Source of the DNA: a virus
Lineage: Duplodnaviria > Heunggongvirae > Uroviricota > Caudoviricetes
Direction: 5' to 3' (one strand)
Length of the DNA stretch: 26,051 bases
IMG/VR virus record: IMGVR_UViG_3300015186_000011
Span: 1-26,051 of that record
In this document: piece by piece, positions 16,074-23,816 of the stretch
Position numbering within the stretch: the first letter of the stretch is position 1
Layout of the letters: each line of letters starts with the position of its first letter
Notes under the pieces: model-generated
The model's input: the letters and a program-made list of their open reading frames with translations, nothing else
What the model was told of the DNA's origin: nothing
Database searches by the model: none
Program-made: the position numbers and the translations under genes

Positions 16074-16399
16074 TCACCCCCGTTACCGTAAAGGGTTTCA
16101 GCAGCGGATTTATCCGGCTCGCCGGTTGCAGGTGCGATCGCCATGTCGGTGATCTGCAGGTCTGCGCTACGGTTAACGCCGTCATCAGTTTCGCGGGCAG
16201 ACAGTCCGCGAATTACCGCCTTAGCAGTAATCATCACTTCGGTTCCTACACCCTGCGGTTGCGCCTTGAGCTTATTCAGCGTGTCATTGTTCAACGTGAT
16301 GCAAAGCCCCCATGGATATTCGTCGCGGTTTTTGGTTTCTCCGCTCTCGTCCTGGTAGCTGTCGGTGCCGGTTTTGAGGTTGACCAGTTCCATATACAC
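16070..16399 (-). CDS. Hypothetical virion-associated protein (109 aa)
   Basis: ORF in the structural operon, coupled to the downstream gene; unknown family. Confidence 0.45.
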   Translation of the reverse strand: MYMELVNLKTGTDSYQDESGETKNRDEYPWGLCITLNNDTLNKLKAQPQGVGTEVMITAKAVIRGLSARETDDGVNRSADLQITDMAIAPATGEPDKSAAETLYGNGGE

Positions 16400-16409
16400 T
16401 CCTGCAATA

Positions 16410-16427
16410 AAGGGGCCGAAGCCCCTT
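16410..16427 (-). other. Intra-operon stem-loop AAGGGGC-ttcg-GCCCCTT (UUCG tetraloop on the minus strand)
   Basis: Perfect 7-bp stem between two structural genes, followed on the minus strand by only a short U-rich stretch. Likely an attenuator or mRNA-stability element rather than a full terminator. Confidence 0.4.
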
Positions 16428-16443
16428 GTCTGATACGCGAGGC

Positions 16444-16779
16444 TTACACGCCCAGTTCTTTGCGCTTATCTGCGATTTTCTCGCGAAGCGTTTCGGCTTT
16501 GGCGTTATGGTGCGGCTTCTCGTTAAAGAGCAGTTCATACTCTTCGCGGATCTTATCCAGATCGCCATCTTCGGCTGCATCGTTGATGGGTTTGGCACTG
16601 GTTACGGTTTCTGCTGCTTTACCTGTAACCTTTGCTTTCGCCGCCTTCGCTGCATCGTTGATGGGCTCCAGTGCACTACCTGGCTCGCCGTCGTATTCAA
16701 TTTCAGAGCCCTCCGGCCACAGGTTATTGTGGATATGAGAGAGGCGCAGAACGCGGTACTTCGGTTTCTCACCTGACAT
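16444..16779 (-). CDS. Hypothetical acidic protein (111 aa)
   Basis: ORF in the structural operon; Lys/Ala/Glu-rich; unknown family. Confidence 0.4.
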   Translation of the reverse strand: MSGEKPKYRVLRLSHIHNNLWPEGSEIEYDGEPGSALEPINDAAKAAKAKVTGKAAETVTSAKPINDAAEDGDLDKIREEYELLFNEKPHHNAKAETLREKIADKRKELGV

Positions 16780-16789
16780 CGATATCCCC

Positions 16790-17227
16790 TTAGCCGGTTA
16801 CTTTGGAGCGGATCGGATACGGCGTATTTGCATCAACATCCAGGTTAATGCCGGAAGTGAATTTGCCGGCCGTTAGTGGGCCAGTTGCGACGGAGTAGTT
16901 AACACGCAGATATCGCTGAACACCGGCAGGCACCTTTGCAGAAACAACTCGTTTACCTGCTGTCAGGGTAGCCTTTGCCAGTGCGCCACTATCATAAATA
17001 GTGGACCATGAGCTGTTATTCTCACTCGTCTGCAACTGGATGTTTACAGTTGCCTCACCACTTGCCGTGGCGGCTTCGTTAACCAGCGCCCAAAACTCAA
17101 GCGGGTAACCCACGCCGATATCGCGACGATTTCCATCAATTGGACCTAGATCGATTACGTCAGTAGAAGCCGCGGTATCAGTTACCGCCTGTGCTTCGGA
17201 GAACATCAACAGTTTGTCGGTGATCAT
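16790..17227 (-). CDS. Putative capsid decoration / minor structural protein (145 aa)
   Basis: Directly downstream of the major capsid gene with a GGAGAAAG RBS; Thr/Ser/Ala-rich beta-type composition. Functional call is positional. Confidence 0.4.
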   Translation of the reverse strand: MITDKLLMFSEAQAVTDTAASTDVIDLGPIDGNRRDIGVGYPLEFWALVNEAATASGEATVNIQLQTSENNSSWSTIYDSGALAKATLTAGKRVVSAKVPAGVQRYLRVNYSVATGPLTAGKFTSGINLDVDANTPYPIRSKVTG

Positions 17228-17241
17228 CTTCTTTCTCCATT

Positions 17242-17263
17242 AGTGGGTCTGTTACGACCCACT
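17242..17263 (-). other. Perfect 8-bp stem-loop AGTGGGTC-n6-GACCCACT immediately 3' of the major capsid gene
   Basis: No U-run follows on the coding strand; such hairpins after capsid genes typically stabilise the upstream transcript or partially attenuate read-through. Confidence 0.45.
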
Positions 17264-17278
17264 GGTTAATAACAGGCG

Positions 17279-18271
17279 TTACACCACACGGGCTTCTGTT
17301 TCCAGAAGCGCATCAGTTTCACGGATTGGTACACCACGGAATGAAGTCCACCACTCGCCTTCTGTCTCTTTTACGCTGATCGCCAGAGATGTTTTCTCCA
17401 GAGATTGCAGATCAAGAGCCTGGCCTACAGTGCGGTTCATGTAGAACACCGGGCGACCCATTCCACGGTTTGGAATGCGATGCAGTGCTTTAACCATCAA
17501 CTTCGCAATATTTGCGGCAGAGGAAGGTTCTGAAAGATTGCTGACATCGATGTTTGCAATGCGAACAACATAACGCCAGTCACGCAGAGCAAGTCCGTTG
17601 TCCCATTTGTAATGGGTGCGATAGCCTTCGTACTTGCCGCCATTAGCATCTTCCAGTGTCACCTGGCCTTTATCTTCCATCTGGATGCCAGCCTTCTGCC
17701 CTTTCGGGAAGATGCCATGCACGGTGTTTTCGCCCCACACCACTAACCAGATTGAGGTGTTATCTGTACCCGTGCCACCAGCATCAATGATGTTCTGAGC
17801 ATTACCTGCAGACAGGCTGGAATAGCGGGAGGACAGTCCCATAAACTGCTGAGGGTTAACGCTGGAATCACCATAAAACAGCGTCTGCGCCATCTGCTGA
17901 TTCATCGCTTCAATAAATGCGCGGTCTTCAGACAGGCGGAATTCGGCGGTATTGCCGTTCAGATCAGCCAGTGACTTATCGACTTCAGCATAGGTTTCCA
18001 GCATGCCAACGGAATCGGTTACCTGCACTGTGGTTGATTTGCTTGGCTGTACGCCATAGTTCAGCAAACGCCAGGTAGCTGAAGGTAAACCAGAACGAAT
18101 GGTGGTTCGGTGTCCGGTAGGAAGGTTCCCTTCGACAAAAGGCATATCCTGAAGGATCGGGTTAGTTTGACCGAGAAGCTCGATAATCTTATCGACTTTC
18201 CCGTTTGGATCGACGCGCTTACCCCAGTCAGCCAGCGTTAGCGCAGTTAAGCCTTTAACAGCCATTGTCAT
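17279..18271 (-). CDS. Major capsid protein (330 aa)
   Basis: Strong RBS AAGAGAGGAA; located right after the scaffold-like gene; size and order are typical of podovirus capsid genes; a 3' hairpin follows. Confidence 0.6.
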   Translation of the reverse strand: MTMAVKGLTALTLADWGKRVDPNGKVDKIIELLGQTNPILQDMPFVEGNLPTGHRTTIRSGLPSATWRLLNYGVQPSKSTTVQVTDSVGMLETYAEVDKSLADLNGNTAEFRLSEDRAFIEAMNQQMAQTLFYGDSSVNPQQFMGLSSRYSSLSAGNAQNIIDAGGTGTDNTSIWLVVWGENTVHGIFPKGQKAGIQMEDKGQVTLEDANGGKYEGYRTHYKWDNGLALRDWRYVVRIANIDVSNLSEPSSAANIAKLMVKALHRIPNRGMGRPVFYMNRTVGQALDLQSLEKTSLAISVKETEGEWWTSFRGVPIRETDALLETEARVV

Positions 18272-18279
18272 TTCCTCTC

Positions 18280-18981
18280 TTATTTGCCATAGAGCACTTC
18301 GGCCGCACTACGCTGGCCTTCATTACCACCGGTGACCATGCCATCTTCAGACATCGCCTTTCCGATTTTCACGAACGTTTTGACCAGATCAGGGTGATTA
18401 CCCAGCCCGGTGGTGTTCAGATATTCTTTGAGTTCAGGTGTCCCGAACTGGTCAAGCGCACGCTGTGCGGCGCTAAGGTTAGAAATCAACTTGTCGCCAC
18501 CGATTTCTTTGTCAGCTTTTACATCAGCAGCCCACTGCTCGGTTGTTTTCTGCCAGGCTTCTGCCTGGCGCTGCTGCACACCTGCCAGAATCTTCGGATA
18601 AGCATCAACCAGCTTTTGCGCTTGCTCGTTGGTCAGGTTAAGTTCTCGCGCCACCGGCTCGAATTCCTTCAACGCTTCTGTATCCAGCTCTACGCCTTCG
18701 GCAGCCTGAAACTCGTACTTCTCAGGCGCACCCTCTGGTTTATCGCCGTCCTTTTTTTCATCCTGCTTATCGTTTTCAGGCTTTTTGTCATCAGCAGGTT
18801 TATCGCCATCAGCAACAGGTTGTGGCTTATCACCTTCCGATTGTGATGGATCACCAACTGGAGCAGGGTTATCACCTGCAGGCGCTGACGGTTCTGACGC
18901 AGCCGGAGCTGCTCCACCATCGACTGGTTGCTCATTGCAAAGACGGCGATACAGCAAACGCTCAAATAAATTCATGATCAC
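18280..18981 (-). CDS. Putative scaffolding protein (233 aa)
   Basis: Highly acidic low-complexity N-terminal half (PAPVGDPSQSEGDKPQPVADGDKPADDKKPENDKQDEKKDGDKPEG) and helical C-terminal half; sits between portal and capsid genes. Confidence 0.55.
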   Translation of the reverse strand: MIMNLFERLLYRRLCNEQPVDGGAAPAASEPSAPAGDNPAPVGDPSQSEGDKPQPVADGDKPADDKKPENDKQDEKKDGDKPEGAPEKYEFQAAEGVELDTEALKEFEPVARELNLTNEQAQKLVDAYPKILAGVQQRQAEAWQKTTEQWAADVKADKEIGGDKLISNLSAAQRALDQFGTPELKEYLNTTGLGNHPDLVKTFVKIGKAMSEDGMVTGGNEGQRSAAEVLYGK

Positions 18982-19274
18982 TCCTGTTCACTGGCCTCTT
19001 TGGCCATCTTCAAATACTGTTCAGGGCAATGCGCCATAACGCGCTGAAACAGTTCCAGCGCCAGATTGCGTTGCCCCTCATTAAATGCCATTGCCATAGC
19101 GTCCATCGGTGAGATAGCGGAAAACACACGGCCTTTCTCCAGCACCGACCAGACAACGCGACGCCCCTGTTCACTGCTCATGACAAAGCGAATGTCATCA
19201 ATTTCACGCTGTGCCATGTCACGTTGTTTACGGGCGTTTTCTTCTTTCAGTTGATCATCTTCGTAATCTGTCAT
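18978..19274 (-). CDS. Hypothetical small protein (98 aa) between portal and scaffold genes
   Basis: Start overlaps the portal stop and the stop overlaps the scaffold start; unknown function. Confidence 0.45.
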   Translation of the reverse strand: MTDYEDDQLKEENARKQRDMAQREIDDIRFVMSSEQGRRVVWSVLEKGRVFSAISPMDAMAMAFNEGQRNLALELFQRVMAHCPEQYLKMAKEASEQE

Positions 19275-20950
19275 TGTGATTGCCCACCCTGACCACTAAC
19301 TGCATTCGCCATAGCTGACAAAACACTCGGATCCGAAGTTTTAGCTTCGCTTAGCGTCTTGGCGCCCTGTGCCGCCGCCATTCCCATCGCCATCATTTGT
19401 TGCTGCTGTTGCTGCTGTGCCCGTTGCTGGCGAGCCTGCTCAACCTGTTCCTGCGGAACAATGACGGTTGGAGACACTCCGGACATATCAGCGAATGCAT
19501 CGATCGCCTGATCAACGTTGAGTTTGTCGAGAGCTTCTGGTTTCGCTTGCGCAAGTTGACCAATGAAGTTGACCGTAGACGCCAGACTGGACAGGCCGAT
19601 AGACTTCTGCGCCTGAGCCATGACGGAAATGTATTCGACCTTCAGGGGCATACCTTCCATCGCGTCAGGCGGTGGCGGCAGCATGTTTTTACGCACCATC
19701 ATCGAGAAAGCGCGGTCAATGAGAGGATTAAGACATTCGTCGTTCAGACGCTCCAGAACCGGCCCCAACATCAGAAGTTTTTCTTCTTTCATTTCGATCA
19801 CCGCTTCAACAGGCATCGAGCGGGTATTGATGTTCTGCAACATCATGAACAGATCGACAAAGTAGGCGCTGTTAATGATTTGACGAGTGTCCTGAATGTC
19901 TGCCACCAAATCTGCTGTACTGGGGTTAACCAGATAAGCAGGCCTGAAGCCATCCTGACCAGTAATCTGATCGATATACGTGATGTCGCCAGGAAGAAGG
20001 GAGGCGCGCTGATTCTTGAGGGAAGTCGGAGCAACCATCGGCGGATTGGTGGCTTTATCAATCAACTGCGACTTGCGCTTCTGGAGAAGCTGCAATGCCT
20101 TAACAGGTCCAAGCGCCAGCATACCCGGGCATGATGATCCATAAACATCTTCGCCATTAACTTCCCAGCGCGGAGCCATAATTGGAAACTCATCAAATCC
20201 GGACTCACGCAACAACTTGTCGTTATCGCCACCAACCTCGTAATAAACCGATTTGAATGGCTTGTTCTTGCTATCCAGCTTCGATGTATCGCGGTCAATG
20301 TTCGGGTAAACCGAATGCATCACGTCAATCCACTTCTCGTAGTTGCCGCTTTCCCACATGCTTTTTACGGATTCGCTGACGTTATTTAGCCCGAACTCCT
20401 GAACAAGCTGACGAACAGTCATAGAGAACTTGCGAAAACAGGTGTCAACACTGCCACGAGGTGAGTTAGCCAGGTAGTAACTGCCTATCGGGAATGGCAT
20501 TGTGCGAATGATGTCCTCGTCATCCTCCAGCACTGCCATTGCACCAGTGCTGTATGTGCCGAGGCTTCCGTATAACTGCGGAAGAGACTGGTAGAGATTC
20601 GACTTATTGAACATATCGTTCATGCGGTTCTGAACTGCCTCAAGCCACAACTTAACAGGGCCATAATCCATCATTTCAGGATCTGGCGTAGCCAGGCGAA
20701 ACCACGGACGCGCGGGGCTTGTGATGCCTGACATCATGCCGCTGGCGAGAGTGCGCGCCGCCATAGTCCCGGTCGAATCAATAATGCGTGTATTGCGCCG
20801 ATCGTTACGGTTGGCCTCAGAAGTCAGAAAGCGGGAACCACGCGGGTTGATGTAATCACTCAACTCGCGCCAGTGCGGCTCGAACGACTGACGCTCGCTT
20901 TCAAGTTGTGCGAACTGTTTGTTCAATCGCTCTTTAGTTGTTTCCGCCAT
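19271..20950 (-). CDS. Portal (head-to-tail connector) protein, podovirus type (559 aa)
   Basis: Size, position downstream of terminase, and Gln-rich C-terminal tail (QQRAQQQQQQQMMAMGMAAAQG). RBS GGAG 9 nt upstream of the ATG at 20950. Confidence 0.7.
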   Translation of the reverse strand: MAETTKERLNKQFAQLESERQSFEPHWRELSDYINPRGSRFLTSEANRNDRRNTRIIDSTGTMAARTLASGMMSGITSPARPWFRLATPDPEMMDYGPVKLWLEAVQNRMNDMFNKSNLYQSLPQLYGSLGTYSTGAMAVLEDDEDIIRTMPFPIGSYYLANSPRGSVDTCFRKFSMTVRQLVQEFGLNNVSESVKSMWESGNYEKWIDVMHSVYPNIDRDTSKLDSKNKPFKSVYYEVGGDNDKLLRESGFDEFPIMAPRWEVNGEDVYGSSCPGMLALGPVKALQLLQKRKSQLIDKATNPPMVAPTSLKNQRASLLPGDITYIDQITGQDGFRPAYLVNPSTADLVADIQDTRQIINSAYFVDLFMMLQNINTRSMPVEAVIEMKEEKLLMLGPVLERLNDECLNPLIDRAFSMMVRKNMLPPPPDAMEGMPLKVEYISVMAQAQKSIGLSSLASTVNFIGQLAQAKPEALDKLNVDQAIDAFADMSGVSPTVIVPQEQVEQARQQRAQQQQQQQMMAMGMAAAQGAKTLSEAKTSDPSVLSAMANAVSGQGGQSQ

Positions 20951-20964
20951 TTCAATGACTCCGG

Positions 20965-21171
20965 TTACTGACCAAGCAGCGTTTTACCGCTGGTATTAGC
21001 GGTTGATGTGTCGCCCTGAGAACCGGTAAGCAGCGTAGAACTACGACCAGCAGCAGCGCGACGGCGACGTGTTTCTTCGTCGCGGGCATCAACAACGGCG
21101 GCATCCTGCTCCTGTGGTGCTGCCTGAACTTCTGGTGTTGCAGGCACTGATGGTGAGCTACCCATGCACAT
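20965..21171 (-). CDS. Hypothetical small protein (68 aa) directly upstream of the portal gene
   Basis: ATG at 21171 within CGGAGTCATTGAT-ATG; the portal gene has a near-identical initiation region CGGAGTCATTGAA-ATG. Low-complexity acidic/Arg-rich product, so coding status is uncertain. Confidence 0.35.
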   Translation of the reverse strand: MCMGSSPSVPATPEVQAAPQEQDAAVVDARDEETRRRRAAAGRSSTLLTGSQGDTSTANTSGKTLLGQ

Positions 21172-21197
21172 ATCAATGACTCCGTACGCAATTAAAT

Positions 21198-21277
21198 TAT
21201 TACCAATTTAACCACATATGATTTATTTATCGTAGAAGGTTGACATTTGACGCGTGAATTATTACCTTTCAGGTAAC
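21198..21277 (-). promoter_or_regulatory. Conserved bipartite upstream element (copy B) ahead of the portal operon
   Basis: Plus-strand tattacc 21198-21204, aaccacatatg 21210-21220, tattacctttcaggtaa 21260-21276. Same elements and order as 1201-1268 upstream of the tailspike gene. Confidence 0.5.
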
Positions 21278-21598
21278 TAAAGAGCTCATTCCGGCTACTA
21301 ACCTGACTGGCTTGTCGTTAAATTGAACAGGTGGAGTGAGATTTTATTTTGAGCAGTACGGCGTATGGCACATGCGCCGATAGCGGTCTGGATACGTTTA
21401 AGGGGCACCCTCCCTTGCTCGGGCAAACGAACCAGGTAGCCGGAATGTGCAAGTCGAGCGGTTTTATTCCGCGCACGGGGATTCACCATCCCGGCGATTC
21501 GGTGTGACGCCTCGGAAGAGACGAGGGTACAACGATGAGAGCATTTATGGAGCCGCGACAAAGTGTGGCGCCTTAACAGGCTAAGTGCTCTCAGCGTT

Positions 21599-21675
21599 GT
21601 GGCATTAGCTCAGTTGGACAGAGCAACCGCCTTCTAAGCGGTTGGTCGCAGGTTCGAATCCTGCATGCCACGCCA
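21599..21675 (+). tRNA. tRNA-Arg, anticodon UCU (reads AGA), with encoded CCA
   Basis: Cloverleaf read by hand: acceptor GTGGCAT/ATGCCAC, D-arm GCTC..GAGC, anticodon stem ACCGC/GCGGT with loop CTTCTAA (anticodon TCT), T-arm GCAGG-TTCGAAT-CCTGC, discriminator G and CCA. Acceptor stem differs from host argU as I recall it, consistent with a phage-borne copy. Confidence 0.8.
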
Positions 21676-21718
21676 GAATCACGCCTAAGGACCGTGATAC
21701 CAGAAGTTCCAGGTGCTT

Positions 21719-21761
21719 GGCGGTGATGGTTTCCCTTGAAGGACTATCACCGCCCTTTTTA
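21719..21761 (+). terminator. Rho-independent terminator downstream of the tRNA
   Basis: GGCGGTGAT...ATCACCGCC stem (9 bp) followed by CTTTTT. Confidence 0.6.
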
Positions 21762-21838
21762 CAGCAGGACGCCATTGCGATGACTTCATGCTGTAAACCC
21801 GTACAGCCACGGAAGGCAGAACTCATTGCTTCCAGTTC

Positions 21839-21862
21839 GCCCGGTTCGCCGGGCATTTTTTT
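21839..21862 (+). terminator. Rho-independent terminator-like hairpin immediately upstream of the Gp49-like gene RBS
   Basis: GCCCGG-ttcg-CCGGGC followed by ATTTTTTT; the AAGGTGAG RBS of the next gene starts right after the U-tract. Confidence 0.6.
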
Positions 21863-21878
21863 AAGGTGAGATTAGACT

Positions 21879-22250
21879 ATGAGTGACAAAGACATTGAAT
21901 CTGAAATTCAGGCTAAAGGTTTAGCCGCGCCGCGCGTTACGCCAGACCATATCGAGAGCATTATTGCTCAGGAGGCATATTTCACAGCAGAAGATGGTGT
22001 CTTTGGCGTAGCCATAAAAGCGAAACATACTGGCGGAGAGGTAAACTACCAGCCGCACGAATCACTTTCTCTGCTGACTTTCTGCGTTCTGGTGCTGCGC
22101 AACGGCTTCACCGTCACCGGAGAGAGCGCCTGTGCAAGCCCGGAAAACTTTGATGCGGAAATTGGTCGGAAGATTGCCCGGCAGAATGCTGTAAACAAAA
22201 TCTGGATGCTTGAAGGTTACTTGCTGAAGCAGAAGTTAAGCGAGCAATAA
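21879..22250 (+). CDS. Phage Gp49 / Sf6 gene-66 family protein (123 aa)
   Basis: MSDKDIESEIQAKGL...LSLLTFCVLVLRNGFTVTGESACASPENFDAEIGRKIARQNAVNKIW matches my recollection of this conserved small phage protein family. Confidence 0.6.
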   Translation: MSDKDIESEIQAKGLAAPRVTPDHIESIIAQEAYFTAEDGVFGVAIKAKHTGGEVNYQPHESLSLLTFCVLVLRNGFTVTGESACASPENFDAEIGRKIARQNAVNKIWMLEGYLLKQKLSEQ

Positions 22251-22253
22251 CAC

Positions 22254-22267
22254 CGTGACATGTCACA
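22254..22267. promoter_or_regulatory. Copy 2 of the 14-bp palindromic motif CGTGACATGTCACA
   Basis: Exact 14-mer starting 4 bp after the Gp49-like stop codon and just before the terminator hairpin. Confidence 0.6.
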
Positions 22268-22270
22268 AAC

Positions 22271-22298
22271 AGCCAGCCGATGAGCTGGCTTTGTTTTA
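22271..22298 (+). terminator. Rho-independent terminator (AGCCAGC-cgatga-GCTGGCT then TTGTTTTA), partly bidirectional
   Basis: 7-bp perfect stem with a U-run on the plus strand and an A-rich tract upstream; sits between the convergent Gp49-like and terminase large subunit genes. Confidence 0.65.
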
Positions 22299-22340
22299 TC
22301 CTCACCAGAGGATATCTCCGTCATTATCCCCGCTAACGGA

Positions 22341-23816
22341 TTAAGCATAGGGATCGTAATCTGTAATGGCCTTGCCTTGCTGGTTCTGCTGCCCGGGAAT
22401 TCGCAGACGCTTAGACACAGGGAACGCAAACGTCAGCAGTAGCGCATCGCCTTTACCCGGCGAACGCCCAAGCCGCTCCTTGATATCTTCCTTCGGTTCG
22501 ATAACGATTTTACCGTCCACTCGAACTTTGTACTCTGCCGCCGACAGGTCGTCCGCTGTTTCCTGGTCATCCAGCATGCCGCCCAGCCTCAGCCATGTCT
22601 TGCATGAGTTGAACATCTCCCCACGCTTGTTGAGCATCTGCGGGTCAGTAGACGCGCCACCGAACGGAACAAGTTGCCATGTGCGCCCCCAACCGTCACC
22701 GATTGACTTCAGCCCGGTACCGTAACCGAAGTCGATGAACACCGCGTCAGCCTGATACTGGTCTTCAAAGTCAGCGATACGCTTTGCCATAATCAGATCG
22801 TCAGTGGTCTTGTTGCCGGTCCACAGCACCTTACTGTGCAGCCCCTGCCGCAGATATATCACCGCGTCATCAACACCGGAGTATGCCGGGTCAACGCCGA
22901 TTATCACCGGAGCATGTGCAACCTGCGCAGCGGTGACCACCCGTTTCATTGCCTCGTCAGTAAGTCCGGTAGGGATAAACTGCAATTCAGATGCATCCGG
23001 GAATATGCCGCGCACACGGATTTTAACGAAGTCGCTATCTTCCCCGTAGTCATCAACCCATTTCTGCAACTGCTGTTTGTTAGTGCCTTCCACCGTCCGG
23101 CTGTCAATCTGCGCAGTTTTCCAGCGGTGTTTATATTTGCGGAAACATTCGCGGAAACGTCCGGTATTACGCGTCGGGTTTCCGAACGCCACCCAGATAA
23201 TCTCAGTGTCTTCGTCCGTTAGCGCACCCTCGGCAACTTCCCACACCAGATCCGCAATGTTCGACGCTTCATCGAATACCACAATGATGCGTTTGCGCTC
23301 GTTGTGTAGTCCGGCGAATGCCTCAGTGTTGTGCTCAGACCAGGGGATTGCGTCAGCTCGCCACCGCTTGTCGTGTCCAGGATCATTGCTGTACATCGCG
23401 GTAGCGGTACAGGTAAACCAGTCTTTCGTGATAGCAAGGTTCGACCACTTGATAATTTCCGGCCAGGTCTTCGTTCGTAGCTGGTTGTCGGTGTTGGCGG
23501 TCACCACAACCTTACAATCCTCGCAAGTGGACATGCCCCAGTTGATCAGCATTGAGATGAATGCGGATTTACCAATACCGTGACCAGAAGCACGTGCCAG
23601 CATAAGCGGCTGATATCGCGTCTCTGGATTCTGCAGGTGATCACGTATCTCTCGGAACGCATCAGCCTGCCATTGACGTGGGCCGGTAGCATGTGCCAGT
23701 TCAGTCCCCTCTTCCCCCCACGGGAACGCATAGAGGGCATAGCCAAGCGGATCGTGAGTGAACCCTGCAATATCCTCGATCAACTGCTCTTCAGGAGATA
23801 ACGCTGTATCTGTCAC
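22341..23816 (-). CDS. Terminase large subunit (491 aa)
   Basis: Size and order (after the small subunit, before portal); N-terminal ATPase-like region and C-terminal nuclease-like region with conserved acidic residues (VVFDEASN, IIGVDPAYSG). Confidence 0.8.
   Translation of the reverse strand: MTDTALSPEEQLIEDIAGFTHDPLGYALYAFPWGEEGTELAHATGPRQWQADAFREIRDHLQNPETRYQPLMLARASGHGIGKSAFISMLINWGMSTCEDCKVVVTANTDNQLRTKTWPEIIKWSNLAITKDWFTCTATAMYSNDPGHDKRWRADAIPWSEHNTEAFAGLHNERKRIIVVFDEASNIADLVWEVAEGALTDEDTEIIWVAFGNPTRNTGRFRECFRKYKHRWKTAQIDSRTVEGTNKQQLQKWVDDYGEDSDFVKIRVRGIFPDASELQFIPTGLTDEAMKRVVTAAQVAHAPVIIGVDPAYSGVDDAVIYLRQGLHSKVLWTGNKTTDDLIMAKRIADFEDQYQADAVFIDFGYGTGLKSIGDGWGRTWQLVPFGGASTDPQMLNKRGEMFNSCKTWLRLGGMLDDQETADDLSAAEYKVRVDGKIVIEPKEDIKERLGRSPGKGDALLLTFAFPVSKRLRIPGQQNQQGKAITDYDPYA

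Noticed and set aside
19397-20134. 245-aa plus-strand ORF
   Set aside because: It lies entirely antisense within the portal gene, has an odd His/Arg/Leu-rich composition and no RBS; I read it as a shadow ORF.
20952-21191. 79-aa minus-strand ORF in an alternative frame to the 68-aa ORF
   Set aside because: Cys/His/Arg-rich implausible product; the overlapping 68-aa frame has an RBS and a start context matching the portal gene.
21298-21561. 87-aa minus-strand ORF upstream of the tRNA
   Set aside because: Arg/His-rich low-complexity product with no RBS, in GC-rich hairpin-dense DNA; more likely non-coding structured sequence.
21599-21675. tRNA as a prophage attachment site or prophage end
   Set aside because: Phage structural genes continue on both sides (terminase to the right, portal to the left) and the acceptor stem differs from host argU as I recall it, so this is a phage-borne tRNA rather than an integration junction.
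21605-21856. 83-aa minus-strand ORF
   Set aside because: It overlaps the tRNA-Arg gene and both terminators on the opposite strand; the tRNA call explains the region better.
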